Positions 27,373-36,153 of a stretch of 52,879 nt of DNA are shown here, in pieces. How positions within the stretch are numbered: the stretch's first letter is position 1; each line of letters opens with the position of its first letter. The stretch spans positions 1 to 52,879 of IMG/VR virus record IMGVR_UViG_3300045988_062993. One strand, written 5' to 3'. Source of the stretch: a virus. Position numbers and translations under genes: made by a program. The notes beneath the pieces were generated by a model. The model was not told where the DNA came from and did not search any database. It saw nothing but the letters and a program-made list of their open reading frames with translations.

Positions 27373-27723
27373 ATGCGTAAACTTAACAAGATCATCACCG
27401 CTGCCGCAATGGCTGCCGCCATTCTGGCAGGCACCGCACCGAAAGCCGCCGCCTGTCCCTACACCGTCGGCCCCCTTGGCCGCTACATCGCCCCGGCCAT
27501 TGTGCAGGGCATGACCGCCACCGATGACGGCGCGGTTGAAGTCTGGTGCACCGACGCGCTGGACGGCGACGACTGGTATTTTCTGGTGGATGCCGAAACC
27601 GATCTGCGAATTTATGACCGGGTGCAGCTGGTAGTTGATGCCAACGGCACCCCGGACAATTTCGCAGATGACAAAGTGATTGATGCACTTTACTGCCACG
27701 ACTGCGAGAACGTGGAAGATTGA
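27373..27723 (+). CDS. Small secreted or lipoprotein-like protein (116 aa)
   Basis: ATG follows CAGGAGG. The N-terminal signal-like sequence is MRKLNKIITAAAMAAAILAGTAPKAAAC. Confidence 0.6.
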   Translation: MRKLNKIITAAAMAAAILAGTAPKAAACPYTVGPLGRYIAPAIVQGMTATDDGAVEVWCTDALDGDDWYFLVDAETDLRIYDRVQLVVDANGTPDNFADDKVIDALYCHDCENVED

Positions 27724-27743
27724 ACCAAAAGGAGCACAACAAC

Positions 27744-27956
27744 ATGATGACACTTGAACAGATCCGCCAGCGCAACAAGGCAGAGAACGCCGCAGCCCGC
27801 CGCCTGCAGGCCGCCGGGTATCGGCTGGAAGGATGGGACCCCCGCACCGGGCAGCGGATTGCCGCCCAGATCACCGGCGAGAACACAAACGACGAGCGCC
27901 GCACGTTCTACAGCTTTCCCACCTGGCAGGATGCTGCCGCCGCTCTTTTGGACTGA
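27744..27956 (+). CDS. Hypothetical protein (70 aa)
   Basis: ATG at 27744 follows AAGGAG. The track start at 27720 is TTG. Confidence 0.5.
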   Translation: MMTLEQIRQRNKAENAAARRLQAAGYRLEGWDPRTGQRIAAQITGENTNDERRTFYSFPTWQDAAAALLD

Positions 27957-27963
27957 ATGCCCC

Positions 27964-28006
27964 GGATGCTCTAGCAGGGTTGCACCGTAAAGCAGCCCCG
28001 CCCCAG
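27964..28006 (+). repeat. Intergenic hairpin repeat, copy 1
   Basis: GGATGCTCTAGCA-GGGTTGC-ACCGTAAA-GCAGCCC-CGCCCCA, with a 7-bp stem containing one G-U pair. Confidence 0.7.
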
Positions 28007-28058
28007 CCGCAAGGCACACAACACCCACCGCCCAGGGTAAAGGGCAGAAAGAAAACAC

Positions 28059-28367
28059 ATGAAAAAAATCATCAATGGCCGGATGTACAACACCGACACG
28101 GCAAAGCGGCTGTGCAGTGCAGACAATGGCGGCAGTTGCCGCGACTTCTCCCACTGGGAAGAAGAGCTCTACCAGAAGAAAACGGGCGAGTTCTTCTTGT
28201 ACGGTGAGGGCGGCCCCGCAAGCAAGTATTCTCGCTCCTGTGGTCAAAACGAGTGGTGCGGCGGTTGCGATATTACCCCGATGACCGAACAGCAGGCCCG
28301 CGAGTGGATGGAGCAGAACGCCACCGCGGACGAATACGTTGAAGTTTTCGGAGAGCCGGAAGAGTAA
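28059..28367 (+). CDS. Hypothetical protein (102 aa)
   Basis: Track ORF. The pattern MKKIINGRMYNTDTAKRL...LYQKKTGEFFLYGEGG resembles small proteins of Firmicutes mobile elements, recognised by eye only. Confidence 0.6.
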   Translation: MKKIINGRMYNTDTAKRLCSADNGGSCRDFSHWEEELYQKKTGEFFLYGEGGPASKYSRSCGQNEWCGGCDITPMTEQQAREWMEQNATADEYVEVFGEPEE

Positions 28368-28378
28368 CGACCGGCGCG

Positions 28379-28421
28379 GACACTCTAGCCGGGTTGCACC
28401 GCACAAAGCAGCCCAGCCCCA
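28379..28421 (+). repeat. Intergenic hairpin repeat, copy 2
   Basis: GACACTCTAGCC-GGGTTGC-ACCGCACAAA-GCAGCCC-AGCCCCA. Confidence 0.7.
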
Positions 28422-28476
28422 TACCTGGCACACCGCCGGGACCATTTGAGAACTGAATAACAGGAGGTTTTACACC

Positions 28477-29328
28477 ATGAGAAACAACGATCTGATTGCA
28501 ACCGCCGTTTGTGCCCAGTACACCCCCGAACAGCTGCACAAGCTGGCCGCCCACTACTACACCGCCGACGAGATCGCCAGCGCCGCCGCAAAAATCATTG
28601 TGGAGCCGGGCGAAGACGGCACCGCACCCGATCCGGTGGAGATTGCAGAAGAAACCCTTTGCGCCGCTCTTTTCCACACGTTCGACGGCTGGAAAAGCCC
28701 CAGAAACGGCGGGCTGAGCGTCAAGCGCGGCGAAAAGGCCGTGATCCGCTGCAAGCTCTGGAAGTACAAGGACAGCCCCAAGCCCGAAGACCTGCCCGCC
28801 GACGCTGACCCGCTGACCCGGGCAGCCGCTGAGCAAGGCGGCGGTGACTACTACATGACCACCGCCTACCTTTTCGGACGTTGGCAGGTCGAGAAGCGCG
28901 ACCCGAAGAAACCCGCAGAAAAACGCTTTAAGTCCCTTGATGACATCCGGGCCTATAACAAGATGCTGGCCGACCAGCGCAAAGCCGCCAAGGCTGCCGC
29001 TGCCCAGCAGGACAAGCCCCAGACCGAACCGGCGACCGCCGAACAGCCCGCCCCGGCTCCCAATCAGGAAGCAGTGCCCAGCGTGGCCGCACTCAAGCAG
29101 GCAGAACGCAAGGCAAAGCGGGAATTTATGGCCGTGTCCGAAGAGGACCGCCCCGCCCAGGCGAAAGCGCTGGCAAAGTGGCGCGATACCCGGCAGGCCG
29201 TCGCAGACGCAGAGAGCGCACCGAAGACCGCCGCACCCGCACCCGAAGCAAAGCCCCAGACCAAAGCAGCCCCCGCCGCCAGCGCAGACAGCGCCCCGGC
29301 ATACTGCGAACAGACTTCTTTCTGCTGA
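28477..29328 (+). CDS. Hypothetical protein with a weak ArdC-N-like ssDNA-binding motif and a low-complexity Ala/Pro/Lys tail
   Basis: FDGWKSPRNGGLSVKRGEKAVI resembles the W...G..V+KGEK signature. RBS is CAGGAGG. Confidence 0.55.
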   Translation: MRNNDLIATAVCAQYTPEQLHKLAAHYYTADEIASAAAKIIVEPGEDGTAPDPVEIAEETLCAALFHTFDGWKSPRNGGLSVKRGEKAVIRCKLWKYKDSPKPEDLPADADPLTRAAAEQGGGDYYMTTAYLFGRWQVEKRDPKKPAEKRFKSLDDIRAYNKMLADQRKAAKAAAAQQDKPQTEPATAEQPAPAPNQEAVPSVAALKQAERKAKREFMAVSEEDRPAQAKALAKWRDTRQAVADAESAPKTAAPAPEAKPQTKAAPAASADSAPAYCEQTSFC

Positions 29329-29332
29329 ATGG

Positions 29333-29375
29333 GATACCCTAGCAGGGCCGCACCCAGAAAAGCGGCCCCGCCCCA
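29333..29375 (+). repeat. Intergenic hairpin repeat, copy 3 (compensatory stem changes)
   Basis: GATACCCTAGCA-GGGCCGC-ACCCAGAAAA-GCGGCCC-CGCCCCA. TT/AG in copies 1, 2 and 6 is replaced by CC/GG, which keeps the pairing. Confidence 0.7.
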
Positions 29376-29429
29376 CACCCGGCACCCCGCCGGGACGATT
29401 TGAAAATTGAATAGCAGGAGGATTATACC

Positions 29430-30014
29430 ATGAAACTTTCTACCAACTTCACCCTGTTCGGCCTCAATGTCAAGGCGATCCAAGCCTATCTCAAGGAGCA
29501 GGCAAAGGACCGGCGCGGGGTTCGCATCACCTGCCGTGGCGATCTGGTCTATATCATCACAGCATACACCGCGTTCAAGCTGCCCTCTGTCCTGTATGCC
29601 GACGTGATCCAGCCCGTGACATTCCGCGAATGCCCCGCCGACGGCGTGACCATCATTTCCGCCCAGTATGGTTTTGAGGTGGAAGAGAACGCGCCGGATC
29701 TGGTGGACATCTTCAAGCGCCACGCCCCCAACGAAAAGCCCGTGGAGCGCACGCCGTTCTTGCAGGACATTCCCACCGGCAAAAAGAAGAGCGGCCTTGC
29801 ACGGCTTTTCCACATCGGGACAACGCCCATCTTGATAAATGCCGACTACGACAGCATGGTGAACCCGGTGCAATTCACCTATCACGGCACGACGCGCGGC
29901 TATTCCCCCGTGTACGCTGTCAGCGCCAGCGATCCGACGATCTCCGTCATCATGCTGCCCATCAAGCCCACCGCAGAAGTGGAAACGCTCTGCAAGAAAA
30001 TGTTTTCCGAATGA
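29430..30014 (+). CDS. Hypothetical protein (194 aa)
   Basis: Track ORF with a CAGGAGG RBS. Confidence 0.6.
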   Translation: MKLSTNFTLFGLNVKAIQAYLKEQAKDRRGVRITCRGDLVYIITAYTAFKLPSVLYADVIQPVTFRECPADGVTIISAQYGFEVEENAPDLVDIFKRHAPNEKPVERTPFLQDIPTGKKKSGLARLFHIGTTPILINADYDSMVNPVQFTYHGTTRGYSPVYAVSASDPTISVIMLPIKPTAEVETLCKKMFSE

Positions 30015-30125
30015 CCCGCAAGGCCGACGGCATCCCGCCGCCGCTGGTGCAAGCCCAGCCGCCCCGCCGGGGCGGGCGCTCATGGGTCCACACCCAGACA
30101 CAACAGAATAACAGGAGGTTTTACC

Positions 30126-30626
30126 ATGTCTTGCATTCAACTTTCCGAAAAGCACATTGCCACCGTCGCTCACGGTCTGGCATTCATCCTCAACGGGGCC
30201 GGCGGTATGTGCCACCTTGCCGCATCCTACGAGCTGCCGGAGTTGTCCGACGCTCTGAGCGCCTGCCGATATCCGCACGACTTTCTCTTTGATGACCGCA
30301 AGATTTACGCCGTTCTCTACAAGCTGAACGATGCCGCATACACTGGCCGCTACCACTTGGAGACAGCCGACGCCGAAGATTTTCCCACCATGCCGGCCAT
30401 CTTTCCGCACCTGCTCCATCTTCTCGACTGGGATGCAGGGCGCTATACAATCGACCGCGATTTTTACGCATTCACAAAGCTGCTGGACAGTTTCATCTAC
30501 CAGTGCAACGAAGATGCAACCCGGAACAACCCCGTTCTAAAAGCTCTTTCCGGCACTTCCCGTGCACTGTATGCGTTCATTGTCCAGAATGCCGCCGAAT
30601 ACAACAACGCCGAATGGATCATCTGA
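30126..30626 (+). CDS. Hypothetical protein (166 aa)
   Basis: Track ORF with a CAGGAGG RBS. Confidence 0.6.
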   Translation: MSCIQLSEKHIATVAHGLAFILNGAGGMCHLAASYELPELSDALSACRYPHDFLFDDRKIYAVLYKLNDAAYTGRYHLETADAEDFPTMPAIFPHLLHLLDWDAGRYTIDRDFYAFTKLLDSFIYQCNEDATRNNPVLKALSGTSRALYAFIVQNAAEYNNAEWII

Positions 30627-30635
30627 CCCGCCCCG

Positions 30636-30676
30636 GACACCTCAGCAGGGCCGCACCGTAAAGCGACCCCGCCCCA
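30636..30676 (+). repeat. Intergenic hairpin repeat, copy 5
   Basis: GACACCTCAGCA-GGGCCGC-ACCGTAAA-GCGACCC-CGCCCCA, with one stem mismatch. Confidence 0.65.
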
Positions 30677-30760
30677 GCCCGCAAGGGCCACACGAAAACG
30701 CGAACCCCCTACCGGGGAGAGTGAAACGCTTTGAAAACTGAATATTTGGATGTTTACACA

Positions 30761-31690
30761 ATGGCTATTATCAACGAATCCGCCGCCCGTCTGGCAAAGC
30801 AAATGCGCTCTTTCGATGACTACAAGGAAGGCAGCGCCACCGCCAGTTACAACGCCCAGTGCGCCGAAGCCGCCGCGATTCTGGAAAAGGTCAAGGCAAA
30901 ATGTGCCACGGATGAACAGCGGGAGCGTGCCGAATACCTGTATAGCCGGTATTGTTCCGTTCTGGCTGAAGCCATCAACCGGGACAACGAGATCGGCACC
31001 CGGTGCCCGTCCGTGCTGGTCTGCGGCGCCAGCAACTTCCCGATCCGCAAAAAGGAAAAGCAGATTGCAGCGTGGGACAAGAACATGGAGAACTTCCGCA
31101 AGGCAGACCACTATTTGGATATGCTCAAGCGTGCCCACACGCTGGCTGTTAAATCCGATGATCCCGAAGTGCTTGATTTTCTCCGGTCAAAGCTGGCCGG
31201 ACTGGAGGAAGCGCACGCGCTCATGGTGTCCGCCAATGCCTACTACCGCAAGAACAAAACGCTAGAAGGCTTTGAAGGCATCCCCGCCGATACCATGGCA
31301 TGGATCACCCGCCCCGGCGTGTATCTGCCCGGTGGCCGCAACGGTGACGGTTCCCCCCTGGCTTTTTACGGCAAGCCCTTCCCGACCTACGAACTCACAA
31401 ACAGCAACGCCAACATCAAGCGAGTAAAGCAGCGTATTGAAACGCTGGAAGCTGTCAAAGCATCTCAACCGATTGAAGAGGAACACGACGGCTACACCTA
31501 CCGTGAGAACGCCGAAGCAATGCGTGTTCAATTCCAGTTCGACGGCAAACCGGACGACGAAACCAGGGCACTTCTCAAGCGCAACGGTTTCCGGTGGGCA
31601 CCGTCGCAGGGTGTCTGGCAGCGTCAGCTTAACGACAACGGCAAGTATGCCGCCCACCGCGTCATGGAAGCTCTGGACGGCCAGCAGTAA
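30761..31690 (+). CDS. DUF3560-like protein
   Basis: The C-terminal ...LLKRNGFRWAPSQGVWQRQL matches the DUF3560 signature as I remember it. ATG at 30761; the track start at 30731 is TTG. Confidence 0.6.
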   Translation: MAIINESAARLAKQMRSFDDYKEGSATASYNAQCAEAAAILEKVKAKCATDEQRERAEYLYSRYCSVLAEAINRDNEIGTRCPSVLVCGASNFPIRKKEKQIAAWDKNMENFRKADHYLDMLKRAHTLAVKSDDPEVLDFLRSKLAGLEEAHALMVSANAYYRKNKTLEGFEGIPADTMAWITRPGVYLPGGRNGDGSPLAFYGKPFPTYELTNSNANIKRVKQRIETLEAVKASQPIEEEHDGYTYRENAEAMRVQFQFDGKPDDETRALLKRNGFRWAPSQGVWQRQLNDNGKYAAHRVMEALDGQQ

Positions 31691-31693
31691 AAC

Positions 31694-31735
31694 GGATGCT
31701 CTGACGGGGTTGCACCGTAAAGCAGCCCCGCCCCA
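31694..31735 (+). repeat. Intergenic hairpin repeat, copy 6
   Basis: GGATGCTCTGAC-GGGGTTGC-ACCGTAAA-GCAGCCCC-GCCCCA. Confidence 0.7.
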
Positions 31736-31872
31736 CTACCCCGGTAGCCCGCCGGGGCATCTTGTGTTATACTATTGCTGTCTTGAATATGCGTTTTTCT
31801 GGTGCTTATGTGCTCAAACTGAGCATATTTGTATCAAAATCATGGTTAAGTGTTCGGAAATGAGGTGTTTTT

Positions 31873-32112
31873 GTGATTGAAGGTGAAGTTTTCGCCCCTT
31901 GGCGGCTTGTTGCCAGCTTTGCAGACGGTAGCCGTTTGTTATTCGATGGTTTGACCGAACAGCAGGCAAAAGCAGCCATGGAGAGCGCCCAGCGGGAGCA
32001 TGGGTGCATTTCGTGGTGGGATCATGTGACAGACCTGAATTATGAGGACGGACGCTATTACCGCACCACGCCAGAGCCGCCCACGATCCACGTCTTGAAA
32101 ATTGACGAATAA
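31873..32112 (+). CDS. Hypothetical protein (79 aa)
   Basis: GTG start after a GAGGTG RBS. It is the last gene before the bidirectional terminator. Confidence 0.45.
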   Translation: MIEGEVFAPWRLVASFADGSRLLFDGLTEQQAKAAMESAQREHGCISWWDHVTDLNYEDGRYYRTTPEPPTIHVLKIDE

Positions 32113-32154
32113 AGAAATACCCGGTAGGCCATACAGCCCGCCGGGTATTTCTTT
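32111..32154. terminator. Bidirectional intrinsic terminator at the convergent junction
   Basis: A perfect 14-bp inverted repeat, AAAGAAATACCCGG ... CCGGGTATTTCTTT, has A/T runs on both sides. Confidence 0.65.
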
Positions 32155-32349
32155 GCTCATTTTTCATTGTTTCGGGTATTCGTGTTTGTTTCCCAGCGGC
32201 GTTTTTGCGTTTCGCGGAAATGTTTCACATACGCGTAAGTTTTCCCGGCCTAATTTGCCTTTATATCATACGCGCGAAGGTGAAATGCTTTCACGTTTTC
32301 CTTTACCCCTTCCGGGGCGTAGCGTTTGCATTCTCTAAGCTGGTGCACT

Positions 32350-32832
32350 TTACTTACGCGCATTATACGCACGCGCACGGATTTCTTCCGCCTGCGGCAT
32401 ATCGTCAAGGCTTTCAGCAAGCCGCACCAACGCTTCTGCTTTTATCCGCTTTGTGTGTGATACGCTGTACCCGATTTTATGCGCCGTTTCCTCCGAACTG
32501 TGGCCACGCAGCCATAATTCCGAAATCACTGTTGTGTACACAGTCTTTAGTGACCAGATTTGTGCGCGGATCACGGCAAAGTCCCCACGCAGCACCACTT
32601 CTTGTACTTCCAGTTCCCGCAAACGGTCAAGGCTCCCCAGTTCTTCGGCTCTCTGGGCAATGTCTGCGGTGCTGTCGCTGTGTCCGCTTCCGTGCGGCAT
32701 TCCGCCGTACTCAATGCCGCGCAGACAGTTCAGATCGCCTTCCAGCAGGTCTTTTTCTGCCGCAATGGTGCGCAGCTTCTTTTGGATATCCGCCGCGTAG
32801 TCCAAAACCATTTTTGCATCTTCAATCCGCAT
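32350..32832 (-). CDS. Sigma-70 region-4-like phage transcriptional activator (RinA/ArpU-like late regulator)
   Basis: The C-terminal HTH is VISELWLRGHSSEETAHKIGYSVSHTKRIKAEALVRLA. It is the last gene of the early leftward operon. RBS is AGGAGGG. Confidence 0.55.
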   Translation of the reverse strand: MRIEDAKMVLDYAADIQKKLRTIAAEKDLLEGDLNCLRGIEYGGMPHGSGHSDSTADIAQRAEELGSLDRLRELEVQEVVLRGDFAVIRAQIWSLKTVYTTVISELWLRGHSSEETAHKIGYSVSHTKRIKAEALVRLAESLDDMPQAEEIRARAYNARK

Positions 32833-32859
32833 CTTCTGCGCCCTCCTGCGGCTCTGCCG

Positions 32860-32994
32860 TTACTGTTTTTTTGTGGTATCTGTCTTTTTGGCTTCCAGCG
32901 CCGCCTTTCGGCGGGCTGCCTGCTTTTGCCTGATCTGTAAACCCAGCGACTTTTTGAAATACGCCGGGAGCGGCTTTTTCTTAGGCTTCCCCAT
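32860..32994 (-). CDS. Small basic protein (44 aa, below the ORF-track cutoff)
   Basis: MGKPKKKPLPAYFKKSLGLQIRQKQAARRKAALEAKKTDTTKKQ, with an AAAGAGGTG RBS. Confidence 0.35.
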   Translation of the reverse strand: MGKPKKKPLPAYFKKSLGLQIRQKQAARRKAALEAKKTDTTKKQ

Positions 32995-33017
32995 GTTCTG
33001 CACCTCTTTTCTGCGGT

Positions 33018-33308
33018 TTATCTTCCCAGTTCGACAATAGCACCCAGACTTTCGATATCTGCCTTCGTTGCCCGGCGCTTTTTCAGTGCGGCAAAGATTA
33101 TGCTCTTGTTTTCTGCATAAAAGTTCGCCCCGACCGCAAAATACCGCAGTTCCGGGTTAAACTGCTGTCGAATGCGCAGGCAGAAGATCATGTGACCATC
33201 TACCGGCACATCCAGCTCATAGACCGCGATCTGACCGGTTTCTTTGCTGATTTCACGGCAAAGAAACACCGCGTTTGTCTCAAACCTTGCCTTTTCTTCA
33301 TCTGTCAC
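33018..33308 (-). CDS. Hypothetical protein (96 aa)
   Basis: Track ORF that overlaps the upstream stop. Confidence 0.5.
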   Translation of the reverse strand: MTDEEKARFETNAVFLCREISKETGQIAVYELDVPVDGHMIFCLRIRQQFNPELRYFAVGANFYAENKSIIFAALKKRRATKADIESLGAIVELGR

Positions 33309-33838
33309 AGCTTTTCACTCCTTCCTGCCTGTTTTGCAAGGCGTTTCCACTCCCGGATTTCATCCTTGCTGTCCGGCGTGATGATTTCCGTGAACTTATA
33401 GCCTTTTGGCTCTGCGATCAGGTCAATAAACAACCGGCGGCGGTAAATGTAGTCCCTCTGTTCCCGCCGGGTGAATTTCGACTTGATTTCTACCACTTCC
33501 ACCGCGCCATCAGCATACACCAACACATAGTCTGCCGTATATCGCGCCGCTGGCAGTTTGACATTGCCATACTCCTTTGCGGGCAGCAGAGGAAAGGCAA
33601 CGTGCGGCGTTGCCTTGATGATCCTGCCAGATTCAATGCCCGGCACCACCACGGATATGTAATACTCGTATTCGCCCCGGCTCTCGAAGGTTTTCCCGAT
33701 TTTCCCAGCAGACTTTGCCGCATCCGCCAACGTCTGCTGCGTTGTGGTGCACTTTCCCCTTGTTCGCCGTGCGATTTGTGCTTCTGCCTGCGCCCGGTAG
33801 CGCGGCGGCAGGTCTTCAAGGTTCAGCCTTGTGCTCAT
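33305..33838 (-). CDS. DUF1064-like protein (nuclease-fold)
   Basis: The pattern FESRGEYEYY......G.I........F.L.......YTADYVLVYADGAVEVVEIKS matches DUF1064 as I remember it. Confidence 0.6.
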   Translation of the reverse strand: MSTRLNLEDLPPRYRAQAEAQIARRTRGKCTTTQQTLADAAKSAGKIGKTFESRGEYEYYISVVVPGIESGRIIKATPHVAFPLLPAKEYGNVKLPAARYTADYVLVYADGAVEVVEIKSKFTRREQRDYIYRRRLFIDLIAEPKGYKFTEIITPDSKDEIREWKRLAKQAGRSEKL

Positions 33839-33848
33839 GTCTCCTCCT

Positions 33849-34721
33849 TTACCATTTCCGGCTCAGAATGGCATAGCATTGTGCTTCCGTTACTTCCCAG
33901 CCGTCTTCCCGGGTTTGGTCAGACTGGTGCAGTTCTCCCGGATCGTAAACAATGCTTTTTTCCAGCTTCCAGCCCGGGAAACGTTGGCTCCACCAATAGG
34001 CGTCATTCTGCATATCGCCGCAGGCGTCCCGAAGTTGTCTTCTACTCCACTTCGTGTCATTGGGTACCTGCTCTTCCGGCAAAATCAGGTTTTTGGTTTC
34101 GATGCAGACACGCTCTGTGTGGTTGTAGATATACCCGACCGTTCCGTACTTGCCTTGCGTTGTCTGGTCCGTTCCCAGAATTTTTTTCATGTCAATGCGA
34201 TCCGCATTCATGGTTCCCAGACTTTCATACTCGTTTGTTCCAGGAATACGGCGACGCCAGAGGTCTTCCAGCATTTCGCGCACTTCGCGGCGGTCGATCT
34301 GGTCAAGCCCGATGCACTCTACAAAGCCGTGCATATGTAACCGGCCATCTTTGCCCTTTCGCACAGCCCAGAGCATCATTTTGATTTTCTCCCGGGCAAT
34401 CTTGAACCGCTTGCAGATTGCGGCAATTACACGGCGCTTATAGTTCTTTGTTTCCCGGACGCATCCTAGAAAGTCGTCCGGCAAGAAAACTTCTTCAAAC
34501 GTCCCGGAAAGGAAGAACCCGTTCTTCGTGAAGTTCGCAACAACCTTTCTTTGCTTTTTCCGCAGGGAAGACATCTTGTTCCGGGCTTTCTGCCTTTCAC
34601 CAGACTTCTTCTGCTTCTTCCCTCTGGTATTTCGTTCCTGCGGGGTAATGGCGTAGAGACACACAGCCATATAACTATCACCACAGATAATCTTTTTTTC
34701 TCTGATATAGTTTCTGCGCAT
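33849..34721 (-). CDS. HUH-type rolling-circle replication initiator-like protein
   Basis: Motif 1-like FFLSGTF, the HUH motif GRLHMHGFVE and a Tyr motif VGYIYNH are present. ATG at 34721 follows AGGAGG. Confidence 0.55.
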   Translation of the reverse strand: MRRNYIREKKIICGDSYMAVCLYAITPQERNTRGKKQKKSGERQKARNKMSSLRKKQRKVVANFTKNGFFLSGTFEEVFLPDDFLGCVRETKNYKRRVIAAICKRFKIAREKIKMMLWAVRKGKDGRLHMHGFVECIGLDQIDRREVREMLEDLWRRRIPGTNEYESLGTMNADRIDMKKILGTDQTTQGKYGTVGYIYNHTERVCIETKNLILPEEQVPNDTKWSRRQLRDACGDMQNDAYWWSQRFPGWKLEKSIVYDPGELHQSDQTREDGWEVTEAQCYAILSRKW

Positions 34722-34868
34722 CCCTATCACCTCCTGTCCCGGTCAGCTTCCTGTGTTTATTTTTTCTTCTGTGGACCAGCACAGTCACAGAAATAACGGG
34801 TATACAAGCTCCCTAAAGAGGACTTTCGCCCCTTTAGGTTATGCTTTTGTTTTGCCAATTTCTGGCAG

Positions 34869-35276
34869 TCAGTCTTTCGGTGCCGCCGGGTAGTACATCC
34901 AGTGCGTCACGTTGCCGTGTTCACTGAACTTGTCGTCCTTCCCCTCAACAAACCACTGTCCGTTGCCATCGTGGATTTCATAGTGAGCATCGTGCTGGGT
35001 GCCATCTGCGCAGTATGCCCACACCTTCATGCTGGTTTCACCGGAGTAAACTTCATCGCCATCATGCCAGGTTTCATTGTGGGTGGGCGGTGGATCACTC
35101 GCCCGCCGCCATTCCGGTACTTCCACTACCGGTGCGCCGTCCAGTTCTTCGATGCAAGCTCTAAATGCGCTCTGGATCATCACATCCACAACCACGTTTC
35201 CCGTTTTTGTTTCCATGATTCCCAACAGAATATTATTTCTGACCGGCAGGGCATCAATTATCATTCTTTCGCTCAT
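34869..35276 (-). CDS. DUF551-like protein
   Basis: The C-terminal ...GNVTHWMYYPAAPKD resembles the DUF551 THWMPLP ending. Uses the internal ATG of track ORF 34869..35447. Confidence 0.5.
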   Translation of the reverse strand: MSERMIIDALPVRNNILLGIMETKTGNVVVDVMIQSAFRACIEELDGAPVVEVPEWRRASDPPPTHNETWHDGDEVYSGETSMKVWAYCADGTQHDAHYEIHDGNGQWFVEGKDDKFSEHGNVTHWMYYPAAPKD

Positions 35277-35430
35277 TTGCTTTTTCCTTTCTTGCAGCGT
35301 GTCCCATATCAGAAAGATTTCTCTTCTTTGCTGCCACGCTTCGGATTTCTTTTCTGCATTCCTTGCAGTAGTGGGTGTTCGGACCGGCTTCATAGGCCTT
35401 TCCGCACCTTTCGCAGATTTCTTTAACCAT
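35254..35430 (-). CDS. Small zinc-ribbon protein (58 aa, below the ORF-track cutoff)
   Basis: MVKEICERCGKAYEAGPNTHYCKECRKEIRS... has two CxxC pairs and follows a GGAGGG RBS. Confidence 0.45.
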   Translation of the reverse strand: MVKEICERCGKAYEAGPNTHYCKECRKEIRSVAAKKRNLSDMGHAARKEKANERKNDN

Positions 35431-35620
35431 TGTTTTCTGCCCTCCAAAATTTAGTCATGGTTTCGGAGTACAGCTTGTAGCACTCTGGGCAAAGGTCAGT
35501 GTCTTTGATTGGCCCTTCTTTCCACGCCCTGAGAGCTTCCGAATAGCCGCTTTTGTACCGATCCAGCATTATTTCTTTTTTGCAGCGATCGCAAATTCTT
35601 ATCTCGACATCTCTTCTCAC
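35423..35620 (-). CDS. Small zinc-ribbon protein (65 aa)
   Basis: The cysteine pairs are CDRC......CPEC. Confidence 0.5.
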   Translation of the reverse strand: MRRDVEIRICDRCKKEIMLDRYKSGYSEALRAWKEGPIKDTDLCPECYKLYSETMTKFWRAENNG

Positions 35621-36144
35621 TTTGACCTTTTTGTCCTCCCGCCTTTTGCTTTCTTTTCATCACGCTTCGGCTCATGATCTGCGGTGGTTGTCAGCTTCAC
35701 AGTGGGTTGCGGCTGATCCGACCGGTTCAGCGGCTTGTCAAAGCTCACATTCGTCCAGTCGCCCTCCGGCTTATCGTGCCACGCCAGCGCATGACGGATA
35801 CCAAGCCAGACCTGTTCTGCCCGGTACGGAATGCGCATACCGTCTTCGATAAGTGGGTGACAGGCAAACATCTGATAAGCTCTATCCATGTCGTCCTGCA
35901 TCATGTTCCGATTTTCCAGTGCCCGGTAAAAATCTTCTTTTTCGTCCTCTGCGTTTTTGAATCGCTTTGCATCCATATCGGCATAGTGCTTCACCATGCA
36001 GAGGTCTTCCGCAAGATCATTGAACTGTCCCATGTGCAGGCGCAGATACATCTCGCAAGCAGCCTGCACAGCTTCCGCCACCGGGCGGCTCATTGTCACC
36101 GTGACGGTTTCGACTTCCGCCGGGGTATCTTTTTTCTTGTCCAT
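35617..36144 (-). CDS. Hypothetical protein (175 aa)
   Basis: Track ORF in an operon context. Confidence 0.5.
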   Translation of the reverse strand: MDKKKDTPAEVETVTVTMSRPVAEAVQAACEMYLRLHMGQFNDLAEDLCMVKHYADMDAKRFKNAEDEKEDFYRALENRNMMQDDMDRAYQMFACHPLIEDGMRIPYRAEQVWLGIRHALAWHDKPEGDWTNVSFDKPLNRSDQPQPTVKLTTTADHEPKRDEKKAKGGRTKRSK

Positions 36145-36153
36145 GCTGTCACC

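Noticed and set aside
27690-31138. Long minus-strand ORFs (27690..28445, 28273..29385, 29064..30419 and 30497..31138) opposite the plus-strand operon
   Set aside because: They are Gly/Ala/Arg/Cys-rich shadow frames without RBSs. They overlap plus-strand genes that have consensus CAGGAGG-N7-ATG starts and conserved intergenic elements.
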